23,745 nt of DNA from Myxococcota bacterium (GCA_041687695.1 JAWLBL010000052.1:1-23745), one strand, 5' to 3'. Shown: positions 1 to 11,887, counted from the first letter of the stretch. Made by a program: numbers and translations. Notes: a model not told the origin generated them from the sequence alone.

Positions 1-107
1 TCCTTGCACCCATGCCCCCGAGTAGATCACGGTACGGTCGGCACGTCGATCGCTAATCGCCCGGATCGACTGCGAAATCTATTCGCTACAGGCTCCTAGG
101 GCAGCTG

Positions 108-1652
108 ATGGTGGACCCGCCCCTGGGAGATTTCTGCGAGCTGCGCCGACCGACGCGCCGGCTGTTCGACCTGGTCCTGCCCCCCGACGCCCGCGATCAG
201 GTCGACGCCCTCATGGCCACCATCCATCACCGTGAGCACGGCCTCGCGCTGCGTGACGGCACGTGGCAGGTGCTGCTGCTCGGTCCGCCCGGCACCGGCA
301 AGACCGCCCTGGCCGAGGCCATCGCCCACGCGGTCGGCCGCCCCCTGTTCGTGCTCGCGCTCCACGCGCTCGCCGCCCGTCGCGAGCCTGGCGCCCTGCT
401 GCGTCGCGCCGTGCACAACGCCCGCAACCTCGGCGCGGTGCTGCTCGCCCAGGAGCCCGACCGCCTGACCGCCGAGCGACCCGAGTGCGAGGGCGTCCTG
501 CGGCGCGCCCTGGCGGACTTCCGCGGCCTGGTCCTCATCGAGCCGCGCGACGCCGCGGCGCTCCCGGCCGCCCTCACCGAGGCGCTGCACGGCACCATCG
601 CGCTGGGGCGGCCCGACACCGAGGCCCGCGAGCGCCTGTGGGAGTCCGCGCTGCCTCACGACGTCGAGATCGCCGCCGACGGGCTCGACCTGGCGGCGCT
701 CGCCCACGCCTACGAGCTCACCGGCGCTCAGATCGCCAGCGGCCTCCAGTGGGCCGTCCAGCGGGTCCGGGCCCGCAGCGACGACGGAGGCTCCCTCGAG
801 CAGGCCGATCTCGAGGCCGGCGCGCGCGCCCAGGTGCGGGTGGACGCCGGCCAGCTGGCGCGTCGTGGTACGTCCAACCTCTCGCTGGACCAGCTCGTGT
901 TGCCGACCAAGACCTTCGCCGCCGTCCTCGAGCTTCGCGACGCAGCGCGCCATCGCGGGACCCTGATGAGCGGGTGGGGGTTCGGCCGGCGCCTCGTCAC
1001 GGGCAAGGGGCTCGTCGCGCTCTTCACCGGGCCGCCCGGCACCGGGAAGACGCTCACGGCCGAGATCCTCGCCAGCGAGCTCAACCTCAAGCTGCACATC
1101 GTCAGCATCCCCGACGTCGTCTCGAAGTGGGTCGGTGAGACGGAAAAGCACGTCCGGCAGCTCTTCAGCCAGGCGCGCGCGCACCACCTGATGCTGCTCT
1201 TCGACGAAGCCGACGCCCTGTTCGGGACGCGCGTCAACGTCGAGCGCGCTCAGGACCACTACCAGAACATGCAGGTCAACAACCTCCTACAGGAGGTCGA
1301 GCGTTTCGACGGCACCGTCATCCTGACGACCAACCTCACGACCAACATCGACAAGGCCTTTCAGCGCCGCATCCTGTTCCGCATCGACTTCCCCGAGCCC
1401 CGGCGCGAGGAACGCGAGCGGCTGTGGCGCAGCCTCATCCCGCAGGAGGCTCCCAAGGCGCGCGATCTGGACTTCGAGCGGCTCGCGGCCTCGTACGAGT
1501 TGACCGGAGGCGAGATCAAGAACGCCATCTTGCGTGCGGCGTACCGCGCCTGCGCCCGGGCGCGCCCCCTCGACATGGCCGAGCTCACCGCCGCGGCCGA
1601 GCAGCAGTGCGCCGCCTCGGGCAAGCTCGTCAAGGCGATGGCCCCCACCTGA
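108..1652 (+). CDS. Tandem AAA+ ATPase (degenerate N-terminal module, intact C-terminal module; resembles Afp15/Pvc15-like ATPases)
   Basis: Two Walker A motifs GPPGTGKT. Module 2 has Walker B LLFDEAD, SKWVGETEK, sensor-1 ILTTN and Arg-finger DKAFQRR; module 1 Walker B is degenerate (LLAQE). An in-frame TAA at 54 bounds the ORF. Confidence 0.9.
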   Translation: MVDPPLGDFCELRRPTRRLFDLVLPPDARDQVDALMATIHHREHGLALRDGTWQVLLLGPPGTGKTALAEAIAHAVGRPLFVLALHALAARREPGALLRRAVHNARNLGAVLLAQEPDRLTAERPECEGVLRRALADFRGLVLIEPRDAAALPAALTEALHGTIALGRPDTEARERLWESALPHDVEIAADGLDLAALAHAYELTGAQIASGLQWAVQRVRARSDDGGSLEQADLEAGARAQVRVDAGQLARRGTSNLSLDQLVLPTKTFAAVLELRDAARHRGTLMSGWGFGRRLVTGKGLVALFTGPPGTGKTLTAEILASELNLKLHIVSIPDVVSKWVGETEKHVRQLFSQARAHHLMLLFDEADALFGTRVNVERAQDHYQNMQVNNLLQEVERFDGTVILTTNLTTNIDKAFQRRILFRIDFPEPRREERERLWRSLIPQEAPKARDLDFERLAASYELTGGEIKNAILRAAYRACARARPLDMAELTAAAEQQCAASGKLVKAMAPT

Positions 1653-1857
1653 GCTGCGCTGGACCTTCGGGGCCTCGGCCAGCGCGCTCGGTCCTCGGGG
1701 CGTCGCCCAGCACGCCGGCCCGCTGCCCCTCCTTCGAATCCGCTGGTCCTCCCAATCGCCGGCGCAGGTCATTTTCTTCGGTCCGCGGGCGGGGGTATGT
1801 TGCGTCGCAATGACGGCGGACGCCCCCGCCGAACCCTCTCCAGCCCCGGACCCACCC

Positions 1858-2682
1858 ATGAAGCTCGGACTCGCGACCGTCCTCCTGGCCTCCTCCCTGG
1901 TGGCCCTGCCCGCCTTCGCCGCGGACAAGGTCAGCTTCAAGGACCCCACCGGCGACGACAACGGCCCCGGCACCTACACCTACCCGACCGACACCGTGTA
2001 CAAGCGGGGCTCCTTCGACCTCACCGGCTTCACGCTCGAGCGTCGCGGTGACAAGCTCGCGCTCGAGGTGACCGTGGCGACGTCCCTCGAGGACCCGTGG
2101 CGGATGGGCGGCGGCTTCGCCGTCCAGATGGTCTTCGTCTTCATCGACACCGACGGCGCGCCCGGCCGCGGCCACACCGTCGCCCCGCCGGGCCTCAACG
2201 TCCGCTTCGACCCGGCGCACGCCTGGGACAAGCTCATCATCCTGTCGCCGCAGTCGCCCGAACGGGTGCGGCGCGAGATCGCCACCAAGGCGCCGAACCT
2301 GAAGGCCGACATCCTCGTCCCGGCCCGCACCAGCGGCGCCGGCAACAAGATCCGCGCCACCCTCGACGCCGCCGACCTGCCCGGCGACCCCGGCCAGTGG
2401 GCCTATCAGGTGGTGATGCAGTCCAACGAGGGCTTCCCCACGGGCACCGATCTCCTGACCCGCCCGGTCAACGAGTACCCGGGCAAGCACCGCTTCGGCG
2501 GCGGCAACGACGGCAGCTGCGACCCCCATGTGATGGATCTGTTGGCCGGCAAGGCCACCGGCGCCGCCAGCGAGGCCAAGGCCCAGCACGCCATGCTGCA
2601 GTACGAGTGCGCCGACGACGGCTCGGCCAAGAAGCAGGCCACGCTGACCCTCGTGCGCCCCGCGTCGTCCGCCAAGCGCTGA
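1858..2682 (+). CDS. Secreted Glucodextran_C / DOMON-like domain protein
   Basis: Signal peptide MKLGLATVLLASSLVALPAFA. Motifs DPTGDDNGPGTYTYPT, FDLTGF, DPW..GGF..Q..FVFID and FGGG....PHVMDLL match glucodextranase C-terminal DOMON-like domains. Start taken at ATG 1858 rather than 1534. Confidence 0.8.
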   Translation: MKLGLATVLLASSLVALPAFAADKVSFKDPTGDDNGPGTYTYPTDTVYKRGSFDLTGFTLERRGDKLALEVTVATSLEDPWRMGGGFAVQMVFVFIDTDGAPGRGHTVAPPGLNVRFDPAHAWDKLIILSPQSPERVRREIATKAPNLKADILVPARTSGAGNKIRATLDAADLPGDPGQWAYQVVMQSNEGFPTGTDLLTRPVNEYPGKHRFGGGNDGSCDPHVMDLLAGKATGAASEAKAQHAMLQYECADDGSAKKQATLTLVRPASSAKR

Positions 2683-2711
2683 CGCACGCCAAGCTCGCCC
2701 GGCGCCCGCCG

Positions 2712-5132
<2,421 letters not shown>

Positions 5133-5266
5133 CTCGGTCCCTCCCCCCGGGCTCGTCTCGCGCGGAGCCTACCGACGAACCCGCCCCCGCTCAACCCGAG
5201 CCTGCCCGCCCGCCCAGCGAGCCGATCGAGCTCGAGCTCGGGCCACTGGACTGCACCAGCCCGCTC

Positions 5267-5701
5267 GTGCTCCGGCTCGCCGGAGCTCCGACGTGGCGCA
5301 GCTTGCTGCGCCGGACGTGCCGGCCATGTCCCAGCGTCCAGCGACTGCGTTATGGGCGACGGCGGCCCCGGAGTGCCCCGGCTTGCCGGAGCCCCGAACC
5401 GGCGCAGCTTGCTGCGCCGGACGTGCCGGCCATGTCCCAGCGTCCAGCGACTGCGTCATGGGCGACGGCGGCCCGGAGTGCTCCGGCTTGCCGGAGCCCC
5501 GAATCGGCGCAGCTTGCTGCGCCGTGACAGCGCCCACATCCCAGCGGCCGGCGACTGCGTCATGGGCGACGGCGGCCCGGAGTGCTCCGGCTTGCCGGAG
5601 CCCCGAATCGGCGCAGCTTGCTGCGCCGTGACAGCGGCCATGCCCCAGCGGCCAGCCGCCGGTGTCGGGGCGCGAGCAAGCTCGCAAGCTCGCGCACTCC
5701 C
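5267..5701. repeat. REP/BIME-like tandem array (~105-bp unit, about 4 copies)
   Basis: Hairpin GGCGCAGC-TT-GCTGCGCC at 5295, 5401, 5506, 5610 alternates with (GGA)GTGCTCCGGC-TT-GCCGGAGC. An inverted GGAGTGC-hairpin copy lies at ~5670-5701. Confidence 0.85.
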
Positions 5702-5808
5702 GTCGACCCCCTGGCGACACCCTCGCCCTGCGAACGCTCTGGACTGCACGACCTCTCAGACCACGAGGCCAGCGCGCCGAGACGCGCCGACCCGCGCCCG
5801 CGCCCGCC

Positions 5809-6180
5809 TCAGACGTGCTGGTCGAGCAGGACCGGGTTGCCGTCCGGGTCGACCAGGCTCAGCGAGGCCGGGCCGGTCGTCGACTCGTCGGCCTCGGTGA
5901 CGGGCGTCAGGCCGCGCGCCTTCAGCTCGCGCTGCAGCTCGCGCACGTCGGTGAACGCGCCCAGCGGCCTCGCCGACTGGTCCCAGCCGGGGTTGAAGGT
6001 CAGGATGTTGCGCTCGAACATGCCCTGGAACAGGCCGATGACGTGCTCGCCGTTCTTCAGGATGAGGTAGCTCTTCGCGGCGTCGCCGGCGAACACGCTG
6101 AAGCCGAGCTTCTCGTAGAACGCGCGCGAGGCCTCGAGATCCTTGACGGCGAGGCTGACGGAGAAGGCGCCGAGGTCCAT
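5809..6180 (-). CDS. VOC (glyoxalase/bleomycin resistance) family protein
   Basis: [27 protein letters not shown]...[20 protein letters not shown]...[16 protein letters not shown] 6180 with GGGGA upstream. Confidence 0.92.
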   Translation of the reverse strand: MDLGAFSVSLAVKDLEASRAFYEKLGFSVFAGDAAKSYLILKNGEHVIGLFQGMFERNILTFNPGWDQSARPLGAFTDVRELQRELKARGLTPVTEADESTTGPASLSLVDPDGNPVLLDQHV

Positions 6181-6344
6181 GTTTTCGTCCCCTGGTTCGG
6201 TGCTCCAGACGGCCTCGAACCTGCCCCTCGCGCCGTCCCCTGTCAACGAGTCCCAGCCACGCCGCCGGACGTGACCGCCCATTCCCCCGCCCAGCGCCTC
6301 GCGCCAGCCTTAGGCGCTCTGGACCCCATCCGTCGCCCCTGAAC

Positions 6345-7019
6345 TCAGTCGTCCTTGTCCGGGGGCGGAGGCGGCCCGTCGGGAAAGTCGTGCAGCTCCG
6401 ACGGCGTCACACACATCGGCGCGTACCCCACGACCTCCACGTGTGGCCTGTACACCCGCAGCGCCATGGCGGCGCAGTCCTCGTCGGCGGAACACAGCGC
6501 CTGGTCCCCAGGCCCGAACCCAGCCCCGCTCGCGCACGACCGTCGGCAAACACCAACGCGCCCCTCCGCTTCCAGCAGCAGATGCGCGCCGGCGTAGTAT
6601 CCGCCATCACACACCTCGCCTTCGGGACACGCCATGCCCGGATCGACGAACGCGTCCGGCTCGCCGTCGTCGTCGAAGTCGTCCCGCACGCCGTCGCCGT
6701 CCTCATCCTTGAAGAAGGGCACCTGTCGATGATCGCAGCGCTCGCCCGTCGGGTAGCACAAGCACGGCTGCAAGGACGACCTCGGCACGTCCGGCTCACC
6801 GCCCGCCTCGCGACCCTCGACCTCTCCCCCGGACAGGTCCCCGACGACAGCATCCGCATCCCCGCCGCCTGAACGCCCCTCGTCGCGTTCGTCATCGCTC
6901 CCTGGCTCGTCCCGCCCACACCCCAGGTGCCCCGACGCGAGCCCGGCCGTCGCGACCATCGCCACGCACGCCCCGAACAACGAGCGCCAGGTCCCATCCG
7001 GTGAACCGATCCCTGACAT
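6345..7019 (-). CDS. Hypothetical Cys-rich lipoprotein with DxDxDG acidic loop
   Basis: Hydrophobic segment ending GHLGC, acidic linker, DEDGDGVRDDFDDDGEPD, paired Cys. Start uncertain (7019 vs 7127). Confidence 0.65.
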   Translation of the reverse strand: MSGIGSPDGTWRSLFGACVAMVATAGLASGHLGCGRDEPGSDDERDEGRSGGGDADAVVGDLSGGEVEGREAGGEPDVPRSSLQPCLCYPTGERCDHRQVPFFKDEDGDGVRDDFDDDGEPDAFVDPGMACPEGEVCDGGYYAGAHLLLEAEGRVGVCRRSCASGAGFGPGDQALCSADEDCAAMALRVYRPHVEVVGYAPMCVTPSELHDFPDGPPPPPDKDD

Positions 7020-7113
7020 CACACGCCCCTTCCCGTCCCCGTCTCCGGTCCGCCGTTCCCCCCGCGTCTCGACTAGCAACCATCCACCGTCGCCCGCGGA
7101 CAGCGCAAGCCCC

Positions 7114-8160
7114 TCACCGCGCCCCACAGCCCTTTCGCGCCAGCTCGACCTGTCGGCAAGTCTCCCCGGCCTGCCTGCAGTCGTCGATCACGACCCGCCC
7201 CTCGTCGCACCGGACGAAGTACGCACCCGCGCACTGCCCCCCCGAGGCCAGCTCACCGCAGCCGTCCTCGTCCAGCGGCGGCCTGCAGGCCACGGGCCCG
7301 CCGCACTCGCCCGCCCCGCACACCCGGCCCGACGCCAGGCAGTCCTCGAGCTCCAGCTTGCCGCCCACGCACGCGGCCAGCGTGTGACCCAGGCACTGCG
7401 CGCCGACGTCCTCGCCCCCGCACCCCTCCGCCTCCGGGACGCACACCCCGAAGCCGCCCTCGCAACTCTCGCCCGGCCCACAAGCGCCGCACGATCCCCC
7501 GCACCCATCATCGCCGCACTGCCGCCCGAAGCACGCCGGCACGCACTCGGGGCTCGCGCACACCGCCCCTGCGTCCGTCTCCACGCACTCCCGGAACGGG
7601 CAAACCACGACCTCCAGCACCCCCTCGTCGCACGTCACCCGCGACCCGATGACACACTGCCCGCCCGCCGGCACGGCCGCACACCCTCCGTCGGGCACGC
7701 ACCCGCCCGCGTCCCCGCAGCTCCAACCATCAGGGCACTTGCCGCAGCTTCCTCCGAACGAGTCGGGCCCGCAGACCTTGCCCTCGCACTGCGGAGGGTC
7801 CGCGACGACGCACGCCCTCTCACCCGCTCCGACCAACATGCAGGCCTGGTGGTCCTGGCACTCCCAGCACCACCCTCCACATCCGTCTCCCCCGCACGCC
7901 TTGCCCTCGCAGTCCGGGACACAAGCGACGCACTCCGACGCATCGCCGCCGACCCCATTCCTCTCATCCCCGCCGACCTGGTCCGCTCCGACGTCCGCCG
8001 CCTCCGCGACGTCCCCGCCTCCACCCCCGTCGACGACCTCGCCCCCCGGCCCGTCGTCGGGCGCGACGGCTCCATCCGAGCCGCCCTCGTTCGCCGACCC
8101 GCACCCGGCGACGAGCACCACCACGCAAGCAAAGCGACTCACGGCCCGCTCAAACCTCAT
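7114..8160 (-). CDS. Cys-rich repeat lipoprotein (CxGKxCGxDGCGGxC-type repeats)
   Basis: ATG 8160 preceded by GGAGGAG; lipobox VLVAGC; three myxobacterial-type Cys repeats. Confidence 0.85.
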   Translation of the reverse strand: MRFERAVSRFACVVVLVAGCGSANEGGSDGAVAPDDGPGGEVVDGGGGGDVAEAADVGADQVGGDERNGVGGDASECVACVPDCEGKACGGDGCGGWCWECQDHQACMLVGAGERACVVADPPQCEGKVCGPDSFGGSCGKCPDGWSCGDAGGCVPDGGCAAVPAGGQCVIGSRVTCDEGVLEVVVCPFRECVETDAGAVCASPECVPACFGRQCGDDGCGGSCGACGPGESCEGGFGVCVPEAEGCGGEDVGAQCLGHTLAACVGGKLELEDCLASGRVCGAGECGGPVACRPPLDEDGCGELASGGQCAGAYFVRCDEGRVVIDDCRQAGETCRQVELARKGCGAR

Positions 8161-8228
8161 CGATGGCTCCTCCACCCAAGGACGCGCTTCCCTGCGGCGG
8201 CCCACAGGGCGGGCATGGATGTTACCGA

Positions 8229-8305
8229 AACCAGAGTTGTCAGGGTTCCCCATTTTCCACTTCTCGCTGCAGGAAACAACCAGAGGTGTCAGGGTTCCCC
8301 ACTTT
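8229..8305. repeat. Tandem pair of GKTGTCAGGGTTC elements
   Basis: AACCAGAG[T/G]TGTCAGGGTTCCCCA[T/C]TTT at 8229 and 8278 (49 bp apart). The first extends to TTCCACTTCTCGC, similar to the reverse complement of the right arm of the 93-bp elements at 11670 and 11904. Confidence 0.8.
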
Positions 8306-9155
8306 GATACCTTCGCCTCATCAGGATACCGAGCGTAGCGAGCAGCGCGATGGGCCACTGCGCTTCGCGACCCGACTGGCATCCCGACGCCCCAGGGACT
8401 TCGCCGTTCGGCACCCAGACCGAGAAGTTGCCTGCGAGGTCGAAAGCCCCGACGAAGATGCGTTCACCAGCGATCGGCTCTGGAAAGATAGAGCAGAACG
8501 AGTTTCCGATCTCGACCTCGAATCGCGTGATGGCGTCGTCGGAGACGTGAGCCCCGGTGGCGTGAGCCAGGTCGGAGAAGTCCTCAGGCGGGCTCCAACG
8601 GCGGTCTGCGGATCGCGTCGAGATGAGGACGTGTCCCCCCGTTGCGACGACCGAGTAGTTCCAGATCATGCCGCCGCCGCAACTCGAGCGCCCCGAGTCT
8701 CGAGAGGACATCCTACTCAACGCCGCGATGACGGGCGGGGTCTCGTCCGGGCCATCACCAACACGAACGAGCGTCTCCGAGCGCGCCCCCTTGATTCGAT
8801 ACTCCCCATGGCTCGTAAGCCGTTCCCGAGGCGCCCAGACTTCCAGAGACGTCCTCTCGCCAACGGTGTAGCTCTTCTCGAGCTCGACTTCCACGGACGT
8901 GCCATCGGAAGCCTCGATGACGGGCCGTTCGATGAGTCCACCGCTGCCACGGTTCGGCCAGTCCGACACTCGCAACACGAACACCTTCATGTTGGTCGGG
9001 ACGTCGTCGGCCTTCGAGAGAGGAGCGAGTAGTTCGCTGCCCTTCGTGTTCGAGCACTTACAGGCGTTCGCTGGTGAAACCACACAGAGCAGCCAAGCAG
9101 CCGAGACCACCAGGATGACCGCAAGGCGGGACCGCTTCAAGACGCTCGTGAACAT
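8289..9155 (-). CDS. Secreted protein with MYXO-CTERM-like C-terminal sorting signal
   Basis: Signal peptide ending SPANA-CKCS; C-terminus SGCQSG...WPIALLATLGILMRRR. Start taken at ATG 9155; the frame is open back to 9299. Confidence 0.75.
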   Translation of the reverse strand: MFTSVLKRSRLAVILVVSAAWLLCVVSPANACKCSNTKGSELLAPLSKADDVPTNMKVFVLRVSDWPNRGSGGLIERPVIEASDGTSVEVELEKSYTVGERTSLEVWAPRERLTSHGEYRIKGARSETLVRVGDGPDETPPVIAALSRMSSRDSGRSSCGGGMIWNYSVVATGGHVLISTRSADRRWSPPEDFSDLAHATGAHVSDDAITRFEVEIGNSFCSIFPEPIAGERIFVGAFDLAGNFSVWVPNGEVPGASGCQSGREAQWPIALLATLGILMRRRYQSGEP

Positions 9156-9195
9156 GGATAGTCGCCCTCGACTCTCGCTTTGCGGCAGCTCCAAC

Positions 9196-9236
9196 CGTCG
9201 AGAAGTCAACCAGTTGGAACCTGGCCCCTGCTCCTC
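9196..9236. repeat. 41-bp direct repeat, copy 1
   Basis: CGTCGAGAAGTCAACCAGTTGGAACCTGGCCCCTGCTCCTC; 35/41 identical to 9717-9757. Confidence 0.85.
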
Positions 9237-9298
9237 GGAGCCCGACAAGTGGAATGGGGCGAGCCCTGTCCCCAGCGACGCCGACCCCTTAGCTCGCA

Positions 9299-9697
9299 TT
9301 ACTGCCCTGACTCCTCAGCGATGGTGGGACAGGCGGTCGACACCACCGGCTCGGCCGAGAACTTGCAGCAGCCGTCACAGCTGAGCCCCTCGATGCTGAC
9401 TCTGCAGCCTGTGACGAGGTCCTCGAAGACCCTATCCGGTCCCGCCGAATCAGCCGTGCAGGCAAGCGCCTCGCACCTGGCTCGCGGGTTCTCTCCCAGC
9501 GCTCTCATCGGAGCGGCGGAGATCGCCTCGTCACAGGCAACAGGGCGACCGTTCACCCGGCAAGAGGCTGCCCCGGCCGTGTCGCACGGACTACTACCGA
9601 ACCCATCACACGAGAGGAGCGCGGAGAGACCGATGACCCCCGATAGGCCACTTCTCAACCACTGCCAACCATGCGCTGAAGAGGTTCGAGCTTTCAT
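9299..9697 (-). CDS. Small Cys-rich lipoprotein, paralog A (132 aa)
   Basis: Lipobox LLSC plus 10 further Cys; RBS AGGA; 104/132 identical to 12081-12479 by manual count. Confidence 0.85.
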   Translation of the reverse strand: MKARTSSAHGWQWLRSGLSGVIGLSALLSCDGFGSSPCDTAGAASCRVNGRPVACDEAISAAPMRALGENPRARCEALACTADSAGPDRVFEDLVTGCRVSIEGLSCDGCCKFSAEPVVSTACPTIAEESGQ

Positions 9698-9716
9698 GCT
9701 GGTCCTACGGGCTCGA

Positions 9717-9757
9717 CGTCGAGAAGTTGACGAGCTGGGGCCTGGCCCCTGCTCCTC
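9717..9757. repeat. 41-bp direct repeat, copy 2
   Basis: CGTCGAGAAGTTGACGAGCTGGGGCCTGGCCCCTGCTCCTC. Confidence 0.85.
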
Positions 9758-9758
9758 T

Positions 9759-9788
9759 GGGCCAACCTCCTGGCTCGGAGGTTGGCCC
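9759..9788. other. Perfect 12-bp stem hairpin (possible terminator or RNA stabiliser)
   Basis: GGGCCAACCTCC-TGGCTC-GGAGGTTGGCCC, 8 nt past the stop of 9797-10699; no U-tract. Confidence 0.55.
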
Positions 9789-9796
9789 TGGGCGTC

Positions 9797-10699
9797 TCAT
9801 CGATCACTCCAGTTGAAGCACGTATCATCGCAGCCAAGGGTGCCGTCGGGTTCTTCTATGCAGCGACCGTCTCCGTCCACCGAATGCGGGGTACACGCTT
9901 TACGCTTTGGACACAGTGACTTGGGGAGTACGTACCTGCACCCTTCACAGGCGCTCGCGCAGTTACTGAAGTGCTCTGGAAGCTTGGATTCTTCGACGTG
10001 CACGCACGCGTAGATGTGTTGCGTATGAACCGATCCATAGGATCCACAGCTCTCGACGTCCGGCGTCGCACACAGAGCCGCACCGTACAATGGGACATAG
10101 CTGCCGTTCGACCGGCACCGGGTGGAGCAGCATCGTGCACCCTCTGGATACTCCACGCAAGTCGCCGTAGACGACTCCTTGAGCGCTGGGTAATACCCGA
10201 CACATGGGGGAGGTGGCGGTTGGCACTCTTCCTCGACCCAAACGCCCTCGCCGTTGGGGCCTTGCTCACAGTACAATCGATAGGGTTGCCGACACTTGCT
10301 GATCAGCTGACCGATCAATTCACCTGAATCGCTCCGAACGAATTCGGGGTCTTGATAGGTCACCATGCCGCGAGTCGAGCATCTCGAGTGACCGATCGGC
10401 GAGCAACCCTCGCCGACCTTGGGCTCGTTGGGGTCGACTTCAGGACAGACGGCTTCCACTGGGGCCAAGGTGTCCCCTGCGACGTCTGCGTCAGTCACGA
10501 CCGTATCGGACTGAACCGGCACAGAGCCATCGCCAGCCTCAGCGGCCTCCCAGTCTTCGGCTGCGGAGTCATCGTCTCGTTCGACGAAGCCCACGTCCTC
10601 CAAGATGGGGTTCCCGCGCGACGGCGTCGGTCCTGGGGTGCAGGCCGAGACCGCGAGCCAGGCGACCATGCCCGCGAGGATCCTCTCGATTCCGTTCAT
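9797..10699 (-). CDS. Hypothetical Cys-rich lipoprotein
   Basis: MNGIERILAGMVAWLAVSAC lipobox, acidic linker, many Cys. ATG 10699 chosen; the ORF track starts at GTG 10747. Confidence 0.75.
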   Translation of the reverse strand: MNGIERILAGMVAWLAVSACTPGPTPSRGNPILEDVGFVERDDDSAAEDWEAAEAGDGSVPVQSDTVVTDADVAGDTLAPVEAVCPEVDPNEPKVGEGCSPIGHSRCSTRGMVTYQDPEFVRSDSGELIGQLISKCRQPYRLYCEQGPNGEGVWVEEECQPPPPPCVGYYPALKESSTATCVEYPEGARCCSTRCRSNGSYVPLYGAALCATPDVESCGSYGSVHTQHIYACVHVEESKLPEHFSNCASACEGCRYVLPKSLCPKRKACTPHSVDGDGRCIEEPDGTLGCDDTCFNWSDR

Positions 10700-10774
10700 C
10701 CTGTCTCTCGTGCTGATCTCATGTCCCCTCTCCTGACCACCCCGCACCGGGCGGTTCCCATGATATGCAATTCG

Positions 10775-10817
10775 CTGCGGAAGTCGATGGGTGCCAGGGT
10801 TCAGTCACGGGCACGGC
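10775..10817. repeat. Internal core of the 93-bp element (partial copy)
   Basis: CTGCGGAAGTCGATGGGTGCCAGGGTTCAGTCACGGGCACGGC is nearly identical to the centre of 11670-11762 and 11904-11996. Confidence 0.85.
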
Positions 10818-10918
10818 TGCATCTCGAGGGCTGCCGAATCATGCGGGGTCCTGCCGCGACGTCGGAGAGTCGGACCTCAGCAAGATCGTTGAACAAGGCA
10901 TCAGCGAAAACTCCTTGA

Positions 10919-11653
10919 TCATTCAGGTGGACCACACGGCGGACACGGGTAGTACGACGTCTCGAACACCAGCTTGCCGCTGGTGTCGAACTCCATGCCC
11001 CGGATGCGGTCCGGGCGGACGACCATGACCCCGACGCCGATGTCTGCGAACTTGATGGATACGCCCTCACGTCCCGTTCGGAACTTCCATCCCCCCAGGC
11101 CATGGTCCGGCTTGAACTCGTGGGTCTCGGGATCGTATGACGGCGACATCAGCTCGACCGAACCGTCCGGGAACACGTACAAGTTGGGCCCCCACCACTC
11201 ACCGGCCAGCCCATCGAACCAGGCGCCGTCCAGGTGCGTGTCACACACTAGATGAGTAGGCGTGCCCGTCGCGAGCCCCGCATCCGCCAGCGTCTCGAGC
11301 GGCCCAAGGTCGACCTCGGGCCACGCGAGCGCCGGAGGCCTACAAGGACAGTCCTCCTCCAGCCCACACCAGCCGTCCTTCCGAGTTCCCGCGTCGGTCC
11401 CGCCGTCGACGCGCTCGTTCACCTCCACCGTCGAGGCGTCCGTTTCGTGCAAGTCCAGCGGCACGTCACGGTCCCCGCCAGGAGCATCGGACACATCGCC
11501 GGAGGCATTGGCCTCGGCGTCGTCATCGGATGCATCAACCATGGGAAGCTCGGCTCGCGGACCCCGTTGCATGCCGCACGCTGCCATCCATCCCAAACCC
11601 ACCGTCATGAGCGATACATGGGCCACAAGCAAAGTAAGAGACCTGCTACTCAC
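10919..11653 (-). CDS. Hypothetical lipoprotein
   Basis: GTG start, hydrophobic N-terminus ending GWMAAC, acidic linker, globular C-terminal part. Confidence 0.7.
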   Translation of the reverse strand: MSSRSLTLLVAHVSLMTVGLGWMAACGMQRGPRAELPMVDASDDDAEANASGDVSDAPGGDRDVPLDLHETDASTVEVNERVDGGTDAGTRKDGWCGLEEDCPCRPPALAWPEVDLGPLETLADAGLATGTPTHLVCDTHLDGAWFDGLAGEWWGPNLYVFPDGSVELMSPSYDPETHEFKPDHGLGGWKFRTGREGVSIKFADIGVGVMVVRPDRIRGMEFDTSGKLVFETSYYPCPPCGPPE

Positions 11654-11669
11654 ACTACACCGTGAACCG

Positions 11670-11762
11670 GGTGTCAGGGGGCATCATTCTGCGAAAGTCG
11701 ATGGGTGCCAGGGTTCAGTCACGGGCACGGCGAGAAAATGGAAAGTGATGAACCCTGACACC
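11670..11762. mobile_element. 93-bp MITE/REPIN-like element, copy 1
   Basis: GGTGTCAGGGGGCATCA...TGATGAACCCTGACACC terminal inverted repeats (15/17), with an internal GGTGCCAGGGTTCA copy. No obvious target-site duplication. Confidence 0.65.
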
Positions 11763-11767
11763 TGAAG

Positions 11768-11887
11768 TCATGGGAAGCTCGGCTCGCGGACCCCGTTGCA
11801 TGCCGCACGCTGCCATCGATCCCAAACCCACGGCCACAAGCAACTCATGGGCCACGAGGACAGGACAGTAAGAGACCTGCTAGTCAC
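11768..11887 (-). pseudogene. Frameshifted, truncated duplicate of the 5' end of gene 10919-11653
   Basis: 11769-11997 repeats 11540-11763. A 5-bp GTCCT duplication (minus strand) shifts the signal-peptide frame, and the copy ends next to the 93-bp element. Confidence 0.75.

Noticed and set aside
5267..5701. CRISPR array (regularly spaced palindromes)
   Set aside because: The intervening sequences are near-identical to each other rather than unique spacers, the period is ~105 bp, and no cas genes are present.
10775..10817. Sigma-54 promoter (TGGCAC on the minus strand)
   Set aside because: No TTGC/GC at the required -12 spacing.
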